Origin: Eubacteriales bacterium
GTDB lineage: Bacteria; Bacillota; Clostridia; Oscillospirales; CAG-382
Assembly: GCA_045651785.1 (NCBI GenBank)
Contig: JAZRTE010000086.1
Location: 352-64,351 of the forward strand
DNA length: 64,000 bases
Direction of reading: 5' to 3'
Positions 55,134 to 64,000 of the stretch are shown piece after piece. The first letter of the stretch is position 1, and the number at the start of each line of letters is the position of its first letter. Under the pieces are notes generated by a model. That model was not told the origin of the DNA. It saw only the letters and a list, made by a program, of their open reading frames with translations, and ran no database searches. A program made the translations under genes and the position numbers.

Positions 55134-56129
55134 TTATTCCGCGCCTTTTTCGATGAACGCGATAAGAAGGTCAACGCACGCTTCCATATCGTTGATATCG
55201 ATAGTTTCAACGGGAGTGTGTGTGTAACGAGTGGGGAGCGAGATACAGCAAGCGTAAGAGCCTGCGCCAGCAAGCTGCATAGCAGAGGTATCGGTACCGC
55301 CTGCAAGGAGAACCTCGTATTGATATTTAATGTTACCTTCTTCGGCAAGGTCGGTCAATCTGTCTACCATCTTGGGAGAGCAAATAACAGAGCTGTCCTT
55401 AACCTTGATAGCCGCACCGCCGCCAAGCTTTACGGTAAAGTGATTGGGGTTACCGCAAGCAGGCGCGGGAGTAATATCAAGCGCGATAGAGTAATCGGGC
55501 ATAATTGCAAAGGACGAGGGCTTAGCGCCGCGGCATCCTACTTCTTCTTGGGTGGTGAATACGAAATAGGTATCGTATGCGGGAGTTTCGCAGGTAAGAG
55601 CGGCACAAGCAGCAACGGTACAGCAAATTCTGTCGTCAAATGCTTTGGAGGTGTAGCGGTTTGCAGAAAGCTTTTTAACCATGGGAGCGACTGCGCAAAC
55701 GTCCCCGATCTTAACCTTACGCTTTGCTTTTGCGGCAGAATCCGCACCGATATCAACGAAAAGCTTGTTTGCATTGATATTAGCGGCAGTTGTGCCGTCT
55801 TCGATAACAAGGATACCCGAAGTACCGTTTTGGAATTTTACGTTATGATAAGACGAAGCGATAGCATTGATGCCGCCGATGGGAGCAACACGGATAAGAC
55901 CGTTATCCTCAATATTTACTACCATAAAGCCGATTTCGTCCATGTGAGCCGCAATCATAAGCTTTTTAGAGGAATCTTTGCCCTTTTTAAGTGCAACAAC
56001 ATTGCCCATTGCATCAATCTTGATATCGTCGCATACGGGTGCGAGGTCGTTTTTAATAATTTCCGCAAGCTCGGTTTCAAAACCCGAAACAGAAAATGCG
56101 TTTTGATATTTTTTCATTATGTTTAACAT
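55134..56129 (-). CDS. M42-family (FrvX/TET-type) aminopeptidase, paralogue 3
   Basis: SVSGFE, AAHMDEIGFMV and FTTQEEVGCRGA motifs. Its start overlaps the upstream stop (TAATG). Confidence 0.85.
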   Translation of the reverse strand: MLNIMKKYQNAFSVSGFETELAEIIKNDLAPVCDDIKIDAMGNVVALKKGKDSSKKLMIAAHMDEIGFMVVNIEDNGLIRVAPIGGINAIASSYHNVKFQNGTSGILVIEDGTTAANINANKLFVDIGADSAAKAKRKVKIGDVCAVAPMVKKLSANRYTSKAFDDRICCTVAACAALTCETPAYDTYFVFTTQEEVGCRGAKPSSFAIMPDYSIALDITPAPACGNPNHFTVKLGGGAAIKVKDSSVICSPKMVDRLTDLAEEGNIKYQYEVLLAGGTDTSAMQLAGAGSYACCISLPTRYTHTPVETIDINDMEACVDLLIAFIEKGAE

Positions 56130-57148
56130 TAGTTAAAGCTCCTTTCGTTAATTGCAGCCGCAAGGTCGGCAACGGCTTGTATATCATCAAGTGAAAGAAC
56201 GTTTGATTGCGAGTGGATATAACGCGCAGGGGCACTTATTGCCAATACCCTTGCACCCGATGCCGCTCGTTGATAAGCACCTGCCTCGTTACCGCCTGCA
56301 ACAACGTTTTTATATTGCCACTTAATATTCTTTTCGTCAGCAACCTTTGTTGCAAGTTCAAGCAACGATTTATCGTAAATCGTGCTCCTGTCCATAATCG
56401 AAAGCACCGCGCCGCTTCCAACGGAGCAAGCGCATTTTGATTTGGGAACACCCAATATATCGCCTGCGGTAGTTGCCTCAAGAGCAATTACAACGTCGGG
56501 ACGTAAGCGGTGAGCAACCTCCTTAGCGCCGTCACAGCCGATTTCCTCGCTGGTGTTGAACGCGAAATAGGTATCGTATTCCAAATCGCTGTTAATCATT
56601 GCAACAAGAGCCGCGCAACCGAAACGGTCGTCGAGAGCTTTGGAGCACACCAAACCGTTTCCGAATTCTTCATAATTGGGGGTAAAGGTACAGCAATCAC
56701 CGACGGTTATATATTGCTTTGCTTCTTCACGACTTTTCGCACCGATATCGATGTTCATTTCGCTTATCGCTTCGCACTTGCCTTTTTCCTCGGGAGTTTG
56801 CATGTGGATTGCCTTGGAAGCAACGACACCGTTAATACCGCTTTCGCAGAATACAACACGGCGACCGCTTACAACTCTTCTGTCGACACCGCCGACAGCA
56901 TCGAACCAAAGATAACCCTCTTCGTCTATATATTTGACCATAAAGCCGACTTCGTCCATGTGAGCGGAGAATAAGACCTTATTTTCGCGGCGTTGTTTAC
57001 CTTTTTTTAATACGATGAGGTTGCCCATAGGGTCGGTTTCATATTCACAACCCGAATCCTTGATGTCCTCAATAATAGCTTCGCGAACCGCATCTTCCAT
57101 ACCGGAAGGACCGAGAATATCGCAATATTTCTTAAGATATTTCATCAT
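56129..57148 (-). CDS. M42-family aminopeptidase, paralogue 2
   Basis: GPSGMED, SAHMDEVGFMV and FNTSEEIGCDGA motifs. AAGGAGGG SD. Confidence 0.85.
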   Translation of the reverse strand: MMKYLKKYCDILGPSGMEDAVREAIIEDIKDSGCEYETDPMGNLIVLKKGKQRRENKVLFSAHMDEVGFMVKYIDEEGYLWFDAVGGVDRRVVSGRRVVFCESGINGVVASKAIHMQTPEEKGKCEAISEMNIDIGAKSREEAKQYITVGDCCTFTPNYEEFGNGLVCSKALDDRFGCAALVAMINSDLEYDTYFAFNTSEEIGCDGAKEVAHRLRPDVVIALEATTAGDILGVPKSKCACSVGSGAVLSIMDRSTIYDKSLLELATKVADEKNIKWQYKNVVAGGNEAGAYQRAASGARVLAISAPARYIHSQSNVLSLDDIQAVADLAAAINERSFN

Positions 57149-57166
57149 GGCAGATACCCTCCTTTA

Positions 57167-58198
57167 TCAAAGCGATTGCAATACCGCCGCGACAAGACGC
57201 GAGGTATTCAAAGCATCGTTCATATCAACGATTTCACTCATGGTGTGCATATTCTTCAAGGGAATGGAAACAAGGAACGTGGGAATACCGTTACCTGCGG
57301 TCTGAACTGCATTTGAATTCGTACCGGTTCTTCCGGGTGCCGCCGAAAGCTGATAGGGGATGCCTTCCCTCTCGGCAACGCTGATTGCATATTTTGTCCA
57401 CGCTCTGTGAGTCTGCGGTGACAAGCAAATATCTCCGCCGTTGCCTGCGCGTACGCCTTCGCGCGTTTTGGGTGCGCCGGGAACGAACGCATGGGTAACG
57501 TCGATAACTATTGCCTTGTCGGGATTAAGAAGGTACGCTGTGGTCATAGCGCCTTTATAACCGATTTCTTCTCCGCCCGAGAACTGGAATGCAACGTCAA
57601 CATTAAGTTTGGATTTATCAAGCATCATTATTGCTCTTACGATAGCCGCGCCGCAAAGACGATCGTCAAAACCTGCGCCTGCAAGGTTTTCGCCAAGAAG
57701 CTTTGTCAGCTTACACGGAAACGCACAAGGTGTGCCGACACGAACGTACTTCTTTAATTCATCAAGAGGCATACCCGTGTCAATAAAGATTTCGGTAACC
57801 TCCATCTTCTTTTCGCTTTCACCAGGTTCTTGAAGGTGAGGCGGTTTCGAAGCAAAAATACCGCGAATCGTTTTTTTGCCGTAGACAAGAACGTCTGTTG
57901 CGGGAAGAATTTTTGCCGCAATGCCGCCGATATTGGCAATACGCAAAAATCCGCCTTCGCAAAGCTCGGTTACTACAAAACCGACGGTGTCAAGGTGCGC
58001 GTCGCAAAGAACAAGCGGTGCGTTTTCTTTACCGCAACGCATTATGCCGTAAAAGCTTCCGACCTTGGTGGTGCCCATCTCATCAAAGATTCCCAATGTT
58101 TCCACATAGGTGCGCAAATCTTCAAAGGCAGAGTCCTCAAATCCCGAAACACCGGGATAGGCCGTAAAGTTTTCTACGAGGGTGTATAATTTTTCCAT
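57167..58198 (-). CDS. M42-family aminopeptidase, paralogue 1
   Basis: GVSGFED, DAHLDTVGFVV and FSGGEEIGYKGA motifs. GAGGAGG SD. Confidence 0.85.
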   Translation of the reverse strand: MEKLYTLVENFTAYPGVSGFEDSAFEDLRTYVETLGIFDEMGTTKVGSFYGIMRCGKENAPLVLCDAHLDTVGFVVTELCEGGFLRIANIGGIAAKILPATDVLVYGKKTIRGIFASKPPHLQEPGESEKKMEVTEIFIDTGMPLDELKKYVRVGTPCAFPCKLTKLLGENLAGAGFDDRLCGAAIVRAIMMLDKSKLNVDVAFQFSGGEEIGYKGAMTTAYLLNPDKAIVIDVTHAFVPGAPKTREGVRAGNGGDICLSPQTHRAWTKYAISVAEREGIPYQLSAAPGRTGTNSNAVQTAGNGIPTFLVSIPLKNMHTMSEIVDMNDALNTSRLVAAVLQSL

Positions 58199-58209
58199 AT
58201 GTTACCTCC

Positions 58210-59553
58210 TCAGAGTGAATTTACAATTCTCTTGAACACGTTTCCGCGTTCTGCAAAATTTCTAAACATATCAAAGCTTGCTGATGCAGGAGTTAAAACA
58301 ACGTTATCTCCGTTAGTTGCCTTTTCCTTGGCAAGCTTAACCGCGGTTTCAAAATCCTCGGTTATTACATATTCGGTATAACCGACGTTATTGAAGACGT
58401 CGGCAATCTTTTTGGCGGTAGCTCCGCAAAGAACGGTATATTTAACCTTGTTCTTAAAAAGCTCTCCAATCGGTTCGTACGGTATGTTCTTATCGTATCC
58501 GCCGCAGATTGCTATGATCGGTGTTTTGAAGGCATTGACACATGCCGTTGTACGTGACGGACTCGAATCTATAGAGGAATTATAGAACTTAACACCGTTT
58601 ATTTCACGGACAAATTCAATTCTGTGCTCTACTCCTCCGAATTCACTTGCAACCTTATTCAGCGTTTCAACACTGACAAGATCTTTAACAGCCGAATATG
58701 CGGCGGCATAATTGTATCGATTATGTCTGCCGACGATTCTTATATCGTTATCATTTACCAAGCAAGTGCCGTTTTCGTATATTCCGTCTTCGGTGAAAAA
58801 TATGTCGCCGTTTTGAGTGTTTCCCGATATTGTGCGTATATTTCCCTTTGCGCATTTTTTGAATTCTTCCGAATATTCATCATCAAGATTAAGAACCAGA
58901 AGCGAGGAAGAATTTTGGAAAGAGAATATACGTTTTTTGGCTTCAACGTATTCGCTCATATCAACGTGCCAATCGAGGTGATTGGGCGCGACGTTGGTAA
59001 CGACCGCGACATCGGGGCTTTCCGAAAGCTTCATAAGCTGGAAGGACGAAAGCTCGATAACGGCATAATCGTTTTCGGTAATTTCATCGAGCGTGGCAAA
59101 AAGATTTACGCCGATATTGCCGCCGAGCCAAACCTTGTATCCTTGGGCTTCCAAAAGCTTAGCGATAAGAGTCGTTGTGGTTGTCTTGCCGTCGCTTCCC
59201 GTTACCGCAATTTTTTTGCAGGGACACAGGCGGAAAAACTCCTCCATTTCACTTGTAACGCGAGTGCCGTTTTTTCGAGCTTGGTCGATACCGTTTAAAT
59301 CGGGACGGACCGCAGGCGAAAGAAACAACAACGTTTCGTTTATACCATCAAGATAATTTTCACCGCAGATAAAATCGACGCCGAGGCTGACAAGCTCGGA
59401 ATAAAAATCTCTGTCGGATAAATCATTCTTATCGCGCACGACACAGCTTGCGCCGTTTGCCGCAAAAAGCTTTATGACAGGCAGATTGGAAACACCCATT
59501 CCAACAAATCCGACCGTTTTTCCTTTGTAGTTTGATGCGTATTCTTTTAACAC
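58210..59553 (-). CDS. murD: UDP-N-acetylmuramoyl-L-alanine--D-glutamate ligase
   Basis: Has GMGVSN, the Mur ligase P-loop VTGSDGKTTTT, and a C-terminal PASASFD motif. I chose the GTG at 59553 (GGAGG 8 nt upstream); the track TTG start contains the SD itself. Confidence 0.9.
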   Translation of the reverse strand: MLKEYASNYKGKTVGFVGMGVSNLPVIKLFAANGASCVVRDKNDLSDRDFYSELVSLGVDFICGENYLDGINETLLFLSPAVRPDLNGIDQARKNGTRVTSEMEEFFRLCPCKKIAVTGSDGKTTTTTLIAKLLEAQGYKVWLGGNIGVNLFATLDEITENDYAVIELSSFQLMKLSESPDVAVVTNVAPNHLDWHVDMSEYVEAKKRIFSFQNSSSLLVLNLDDEYSEEFKKCAKGNIRTISGNTQNGDIFFTEDGIYENGTCLVNDNDIRIVGRHNRYNYAAAYSAVKDLVSVETLNKVASEFGGVEHRIEFVREINGVKFYNSSIDSSPSRTTACVNAFKTPIIAICGGYDKNIPYEPIGELFKNKVKYTVLCGATAKKIADVFNNVGYTEYVITEDFETAVKLAKEKATNGDNVVLTPASASFDMFRNFAERGNVFKRIVNSL

Positions 59554-59668
59554 GAAGAATACCTCCAATATGTACTAACTTACTCATTATATATCCATTA
59601 TAAGAAATAATCAAGGTTTTTGACAGAAGATATTTGACAAAATAAAAGGAATATGATACAATTTTGTT

Positions 59669-60017
59669 GCGACCGTACCGAACAATCGCGCGGTGCCATG
59701 GCGAAAGCCCGTACCGTGAGGAAAGTCCGAGCTCCACAGAGCAGGATAACAGATAACATCTGCCGAAGGCGACTTTAGGGCCAGTGCAACAGAAATAAAC
59801 CGCCAAGATTTCTTGGTAAGGATGGAAAGGCGAGGTAAGAGCTCACCGGTGTGTCGGAGACGGCACAGCCATGTAAACCCTATCCGGAGCAACACCGTGG
59901 CGGGGGCATATGCTTGCTCGGCAGCCCCTATGGAGGTGGCATGGAGATTTACGGCAACGTAAATCCAAGATAGATGATTGTTCACGACAGAACTCGGCTT
60001 ATAGGTACGTTTGTCGC
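59669..60017 (+). ncRNA. rnpB: RNase P RNA (bacterial)
   Basis: Universal elements GAGGAAAGTCCGAGCTCC (P4 5' strand) and ACAGAACTCGGCTTA (P4 3' strand) are present. The P1 helix pairs GCGACCGTACC with GGTACGTTTGTCGC. TTGACA-17-TACAAT lies at 59634..59662 and a terminator at 60030. Ends are accurate to about 5 nt. Confidence 0.9.
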
Positions 60018-60029
60018 TCTTTTAAAAGA

Positions 60030-60055
60030 AAAAGCACCCTTTTCAGGGTGCTTTT
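60030..60055. terminator. Bidirectional terminator (rnpB / serpin gene)
   Basis: AAAAGCACCCT-tttc-AGGGTGCTTTT. Confidence 0.8.
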
Positions 60056-60057
60056 GT

Positions 60058-61407
60058 TTATATTTCGGGGTTCATCATAGTGCCGATAAAAAAGGGTGTG
60101 TTCGTATCGAGATCGATGAGCATATAAACGAAAGGACGGTCGAGATAAATATGGATGTCGTCAGGCCCGTTGACGGTAATGCCAAGCGTAGGAAGCGCCG
60201 TTGCAGCGCCCGCTTTCGTACCTCTTTCGTTGACCTCGATAAAGGTTCTGTGGATAACGTTATCGATATAGATATTGACGTCGTACGATCCCATCAAGCC
60301 GAAATCGGCCTTTTCGGGCGAGAAGGCGTTGGGCATTCCCATTTCGGACAGAGTGTCCGCCATATACATTTTATACTCTGATTTGAATTTGGGGATTCTT
60401 GTGAAAACCTTTCCCTTTTTTTCGTTTGAGAGCATATTGCTTATTTTTTCACCGGTAAGCGTATCGAGAAAATCCGACATACTTATTCCCTCGTCGGGTA
60501 GTATTGCGGCAAAAGCATATTTCCTTCCGACGTAATTCTTGATAAAGCCGATACAATTATCCGATTCGAAATATTTATTTTGCTCGTCATACATAAATTC
60601 CACGGTTTTTTCAGTGCCGTTTTCGAGAGTAAATACGTTTTCGAAAACCTCGTCGTTCTCGTATATTTTTTCCCAATCGGCTTGGAATGCAAGCGTGTTA
60701 ACAAGCACCATTAACGAATCGTCATCAAGATGATCAAGAATTTGCGGTATCATTCCGTCGGTTTCGCGCTCGACCCATTCGTTTATCTCTTTGAGCGTGC
60801 CCGAATCGAACTCCGATTGATAAAGCTGTGCGCCGTAATAATCTGCATTGATTTGAAGGAAATCACGGTTGGGGACAAATACCTCGCTATCCCTGTACCA
60901 AATCGAATTTGCGATCTTTAATTTGTATTTATTCTTTACGGGTAACGAATTGATATAACTGTAAATATAATCGTTCAGCTCATCGGCAGTCATACCTAAA
61001 ACCGATTCCATCTGGGCACGCGTTTCTCCGTCGGCACCGTTAAGCGTCATCGAAAGCGCGCACATAACGGACAAGGGCGAAACGAGAGAGCTTTTGCCGT
61101 CGGTTTGGCTTGCTTTAAAAAGGCGTATCGCAAAATCGGTCACTCTTTCGTTATATTCATCGATAACGATAGGTTCAACTTGATTCGGCGTGATCCCCTC
61201 CATAAGATCCTGCGCGTGTACAGTGTTGAATAGAGGCACTGTGAAAAACAACGACGTAAAGATTATACAAAAGCAAGCAGCCAATGCAATATATCGCGTC
61301 AGCTTACGGCGCTTCGGTTGCGATTTAGAGTTACGTGCTTTATTAACTTCGTCAATAATCGAATCATCGAGGAATTCAAATGCATTGCTGAGTTCTTCCT
61401 TTTTCAT
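60058..61407 (-). CDS. Membrane-anchored serpin with an anti-sigma-like N-terminal segment
   Basis: The first ~35 aa are cytoplasmic (MKKEELSNAFEFLDDSIIDEV...) and are followed by a TM helix (YIALAACFCIIFTSLFF). The extracytoplasmic serpin core shows NTLAFQADW, the hinge EVNERGTKAGAATA, and the LDRPFVYMLID motif. Confidence 0.85.
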   Translation of the reverse strand: MKKEELSNAFEFLDDSIIDEVNKARNSKSQPKRRKLTRYIALAACFCIIFTSLFFTVPLFNTVHAQDLMEGITPNQVEPIVIDEYNERVTDFAIRLFKASQTDGKSSLVSPLSVMCALSMTLNGADGETRAQMESVLGMTADELNDYIYSYINSLPVKNKYKLKIANSIWYRDSEVFVPNRDFLQINADYYGAQLYQSEFDSGTLKEINEWVERETDGMIPQILDHLDDDSLMVLVNTLAFQADWEKIYENDEVFENVFTLENGTEKTVEFMYDEQNKYFESDNCIGFIKNYVGRKYAFAAILPDEGISMSDFLDTLTGEKISNMLSNEKKGKVFTRIPKFKSEYKMYMADTLSEMGMPNAFSPEKADFGLMGSYDVNIYIDNVIHRTFIEVNERGTKAGAATALPTLGITVNGPDDIHIYLDRPFVYMLIDLDTNTPFFIGTMMNPEI

Positions 61408-61964
61408 ACGTCAAACCCTTCCTTTCTTAAGTGCTCCTTTAACGCCTTGCGAGAACGGAACAGCATATTTTTTACTTTTGATTCGCTTATACCGAATGAT
61501 TGCGAAATATCTTTTATCGAATCGAAAAAATAATACCTCGCAATAAAAACATTTCGGTTTGCGGTCGACAAAGATTTTACAAACGCGTTGATCGAGCCCG
61601 AGAGTAGCTTTGCTTCGTAATTCGATTCGGGAGTTGAGTTGTCTGTAATAATTTGGTTTAACTCGTCGATAGAAACCAAATATTCGGACGGGATACGCTT
61701 TTGACGATGATTGGCACGAAGCTTGTCGATAGAAATTCGTCTGATAAGCTTTACAAGATAGGTCGACAAAATTTCAGGCTCGTTCGGCGGAATTGAACCC
61801 CAGACGGCAAGATACGTATCGTTTACGGATTCTTTCGCGTCTTCCTCGTTTGCCAAAATGTTAAAGGCGATCTTCATCAGATATTTGCCGTATTTCTCGG
61901 TCGTTTCGGAAATGGCAGTTTCATCTCGATTAAGATAAAGCTCGACTATTTGCTTATCCTGCAC
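61404..61964 (-). CDS. ECF-type sigma-70 family RNA polymerase sigma factor
   Basis: 186 aa with region 2 (DAKESVNDTYLAVW) and a region 4 HTH (IKDISQSFGISESKVKNMLFRSRKAL). GTG start with AAGGAG upstream. The stop overlaps the serpin start (ATGA). Confidence 0.85.
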   Translation of the reverse strand: MQDKQIVELYLNRDETAISETTEKYGKYLMKIAFNILANEEDAKESVNDTYLAVWGSIPPNEPEILSTYLVKLIRRISIDKLRANHRQKRIPSEYLVSIDELNQIITDNSTPESNYEAKLLSGSINAFVKSLSTANRNVFIARYYFFDSIKDISQSFGISESKVKNMLFRSRKALKEHLRKEGFDV

Positions 61965-62230
61965 TCATATTCACTCCTTTTTTTACTTGTTGGGCACCCT
62001 TACTGTAATTACTCGATAAATCCGCTTAAAGGTTTCACTTTTTTTGAAAATTTTCAAAATATTTGGTAATAATTAATATTGAGTTTTCTTTTTTATTAAT
62101 AATAAAGTAAAAGTACGGAAAATGCAACAATGCCTTGCACATTTTCGCTTTATTTCGTTAAAACTTCTTGACATAATACGAGTTTGTGTATATAATAAAA
62201 GTGAATAGAACTATTTAAGGAGAACGCTCC

Positions 62231-63340
62231 GTGATTTTACAATTGGAACAGGCAAAGCTTTCGCTCGGCGAGCTTAGCGAAGGTATTAACGATCTTGGCG
62301 ATTCTATTGGCTATGAATCGTTGAAAAAAGAAGTTGAAGAGCTTGAAAACAAAACCGCTGAAGCAGGTTTTTGGGACAAGCCGCAGGAATCTCAGGTCGT
62401 TTTAAAGCAATTAAAATTCAAAAAAGGTACGCTCGAACGCTATCTTGCGTTAAGACGCAGTTTTGACGATATTGAAACGCTTATCGAGCTTTCTATTGAA
62501 GAGGATGACGACAGCGTTGTCGAAGACGTTTTGAGCGATCTTGAAGCGGTACGCAAGGAATACGAAAGACAGAAGATCGAAATTCTTCTTTCGGGCGAAT
62601 ATGACGGCAGTAATGCCATTATTTCGATTCACCCCGGCGCTGGCGGTACCGAAGCGCAGGATTGGGCGCAAATGCTTTACCGAATGTATTCGCAATATGC
62701 CGCAAAGCGCGGTTTTAAGCTAAAGGTGCTTGATTACCTTGACGGTGACGAAGCAGGTATTAAAAGCGTTTCTTTTATGGTCGAGGGCGAAAATGCTTAC
62801 GGCTATTTGAAGAGCGAATCGGGCGTACACAGATTGGTTCGCGTTTCCCCGTTTGACTCGAGCGGAAGAAGACATACTTCATTCGCTTCTGTCGAGGTTC
62901 TTCCCGAATTCAATGACGAAATCACCATTGAAATCAACGAAGCCGATTTGAAGATCGATGCTCACCGTGCAAGCGGTGCGGGCGGACAGCACGTTAACAA
63001 GACCGACTCGGCAATTCGTATTACACATATTCCCACCGGTATCGTTGTCGGTTGTCAGACCGAACGCAGTCAGGTTCAAAACCGCGAAACCGCAATGAAG
63101 ATGCTCAAGAGTAAGCTTTTGGAAATCAAGGAACGCGAGCACTTAGAGCGTGTTGAGGATATAACCGGCACTAAGATGAACATCGAATGGGGCAGCCAGA
63201 TCCGTTCTTACGTATTTATGCCTTACACTCTTGTCAAGGATAACCGTACCAACTGCGAAACCGGTAACATACAAGCGGTTATGGATGGCGAGCTTGACGA
63301 TTTTATCAACGAATATCTTAAGCTGAACTGCAACAAATAG
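62231..63340 (+). CDS. prfB: Peptide chain release factor 2, single uninterrupted frame
   Basis: Has the SPF tripeptide (VRVSPFDS) and the GGQ motif (ASGAGGQHVNKT). GTG start after AAGGAG. The N-terminal ~30 aa are in frame with the rest. Confidence 0.9.
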   Translation: MILQLEQAKLSLGELSEGINDLGDSIGYESLKKEVEELENKTAEAGFWDKPQESQVVLKQLKFKKGTLERYLALRRSFDDIETLIELSIEEDDDSVVEDVLSDLEAVRKEYERQKIEILLSGEYDGSNAIISIHPGAGGTEAQDWAQMLYRMYSQYAAKRGFKLKVLDYLDGDEAGIKSVSFMVEGENAYGYLKSESGVHRLVRVSPFDSSGRRHTSFASVEVLPEFNDEITIEINEADLKIDAHRASGAGGQHVNKTDSAIRITHIPTGIVVGCQTERSQVQNRETAMKMLKSKLLEIKEREHLERVEDITGTKMNIEWGSQIRSYVFMPYTLVKDNRTNCETGNIQAVMDGELDDFINEYLKLNCNK

Positions 63341-63384
63341 ATTTAAAATAAAATCATCATATTATATTTACGGAGGTATTTACC

Positions 63385-63684
63385 ATGAAAAAACTCAGAC
63401 CCATTATCGGCATTTCGCTCCTCGTTCAATCGGCAACATTTTTTGTACTTTGCTTGCTTAACCTTGAAAAGAAGAAGAACCTTGCAAAGGCGTTCGGCAT
63501 ATTCGGTGCAATAGGCGGTATTGCAGGCGTTGCATTGCTCGTTTCCGAATTCAAGAAGCGCAAAAAGCTTAAAGCGGCAGAAGATGCTTATTTGGATGAA
63601 TATGATGAATTCATCAGCGATTTCGAAGATTTCAATACCGACGAAGATGATATTCTTTGCACCTTCGAAGGAAAAGAAGCTTAA
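63385..63684 (+). CDS. Small membrane protein with an acidic tail (hypothetical)
   Basis: 99 aa with two TM helices followed by a DEYDEFISDFEDFNTDEDD tail. GGAGG SD. Confidence 0.65.
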   Translation: MKKLRPIIGISLLVQSATFFVLCLLNLEKKKNLAKAFGIFGAIGGIAGVALLVSEFKKRKKLKAAEDAYLDEYDEFISDFEDFNTDEDDILCTFEGKEA

Positions 63685-63700
63685 TTAAAAACGTTTACAC

Positions 63701-63729
63701 AAAAGCCACGATAAAAAATCGTGGCTTTT
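63701..63729 (+). terminator. Intrinsic terminator
   Basis: AAAAGCCACGAT-aaaaa-ATCGTGGCTTTT. Confidence 0.75.
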
Positions 63730-63807
63730 AACTTTTTTACCATTCGGTAAATATACTGTTTTAAGGGCTTTTATGCCCTATTAACGATTAAGGAGTAATG
63801 ATTACCG

Positions 63808-64000
63808 ATGGCAACGATAATTACAAACCGCGCAACCGTCAACTATAATTCGGGAACCGCGACGGCGGTTGCATTCTCGAATACAACGAGCACGGTTCTG
63901 AACGGAAGCTTGAGCATTAACAAGTCTTCCCTTTCCGAAAGCTACCGCATCGGGCAGGAGCTGACTTATATTATCACCGTATCGAACAACAGAAGCCAAA
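63808..64000 (+). CDS. 5' fragment of a DUF11-type conserved-repeat surface protein (runs off the window)
   Basis: The ATG at 63808 follows AAGGAG and the frame stays open to the window end. MATIITNRATVNYNSGTA...GQELTYIITVSNN matches the DUF11 repeat pattern. The minus-strand track ORF 63802..63999 is its shadow. Confidence 0.6.
   Translation, partial: MATIITNRATVNYNSGTATAVAFSNTTSTVLNGSLSINKSSLSESYRIGQELTYIITVSNNRSQ

Noticed and set aside
62100-62300. A programmed +1 frameshift site in prfB.
   Set aside because: The complete RF2 N-terminus is in frame with the body, and no short upstream ORF ending in a UGA shift site is present. This is recorded as a low-interest finding rather than a frameshift feature.
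63802-63999. 65-aa minus-strand ORF from the track.
   Set aside because: The opposite strand carries an SD-preceded ATG (63808) and an open frame with a DUF11-like sequence running off the window, so the minus-strand ORF is its shadow.
1-64000. CRISPR arrays, rRNA genes, IS elements with terminal inverted repeats, and retron or reverse-transcriptase loci.
   Set aside because: I saw no regularly spaced identical repeats of 25-40 nt, no rRNA-like conserved stretches, and no transposase or RT-like ORFs in the six-frame track. The only repeat arrays are the degenerate motif arrays reported in the island.

Overview
This window looks like a chromosomal segment from a low-GC Firmicute, probably a Clostridia / Ruminococcaceae-like organism. 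That assignment is inferred only from gene content, Shine-Dalgarno usage and operon style. Most of the window is ordinary housekeeping sequence. It includes comEC-holA-toprim-mtaB, alaS, rpsB-tsf, murD, prfB, RNase P RNA, a Trp T-box upstream of trpB, three tandem M42 peptidases, a giant activase/dehydratase fusion, and transporters. The accessory part is a roughly 12 kb stretch at about 28.0-40.0 kb, visibly more AT-rich, lying directly downstream of tRNA-Leu(CAG). It carries a tyrosine integrase, a large serine recombinase, a divergent XRE / Xis-like promoter switch and a SWIM zinc-finger protein. It also has about 0.8 kb with no convincing ORF but many same-orientation short repeats and hairpins. 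Its main cargo is a minus-strand operon of an Xis-like HTH, a 941-aa bitopic membrane protein, a 294-aa protein with a HEPN-type R-x4-H motif (RNNETH), and a 262-aa orphan. I consider that operon the best candidate for an undescribed defence or abortive-infection system, but I have no homology search to support it. Other loci worth a second look are an ECF sigma factor translationally coupled to a membrane-anchored serpin (a possible protease-sensing anti-sigma factor), a six-gene H2-sensing operon (2 ferredoxins, PAS-HydS, PP2C, ldh, [FeFe] hydrogenase), and a symmetric 3+3 array of a 9-mer at the 3' end of the serine recombinase gene. No CRISPR array or rRNA was seen. All product calls come from motif recognition by eye.
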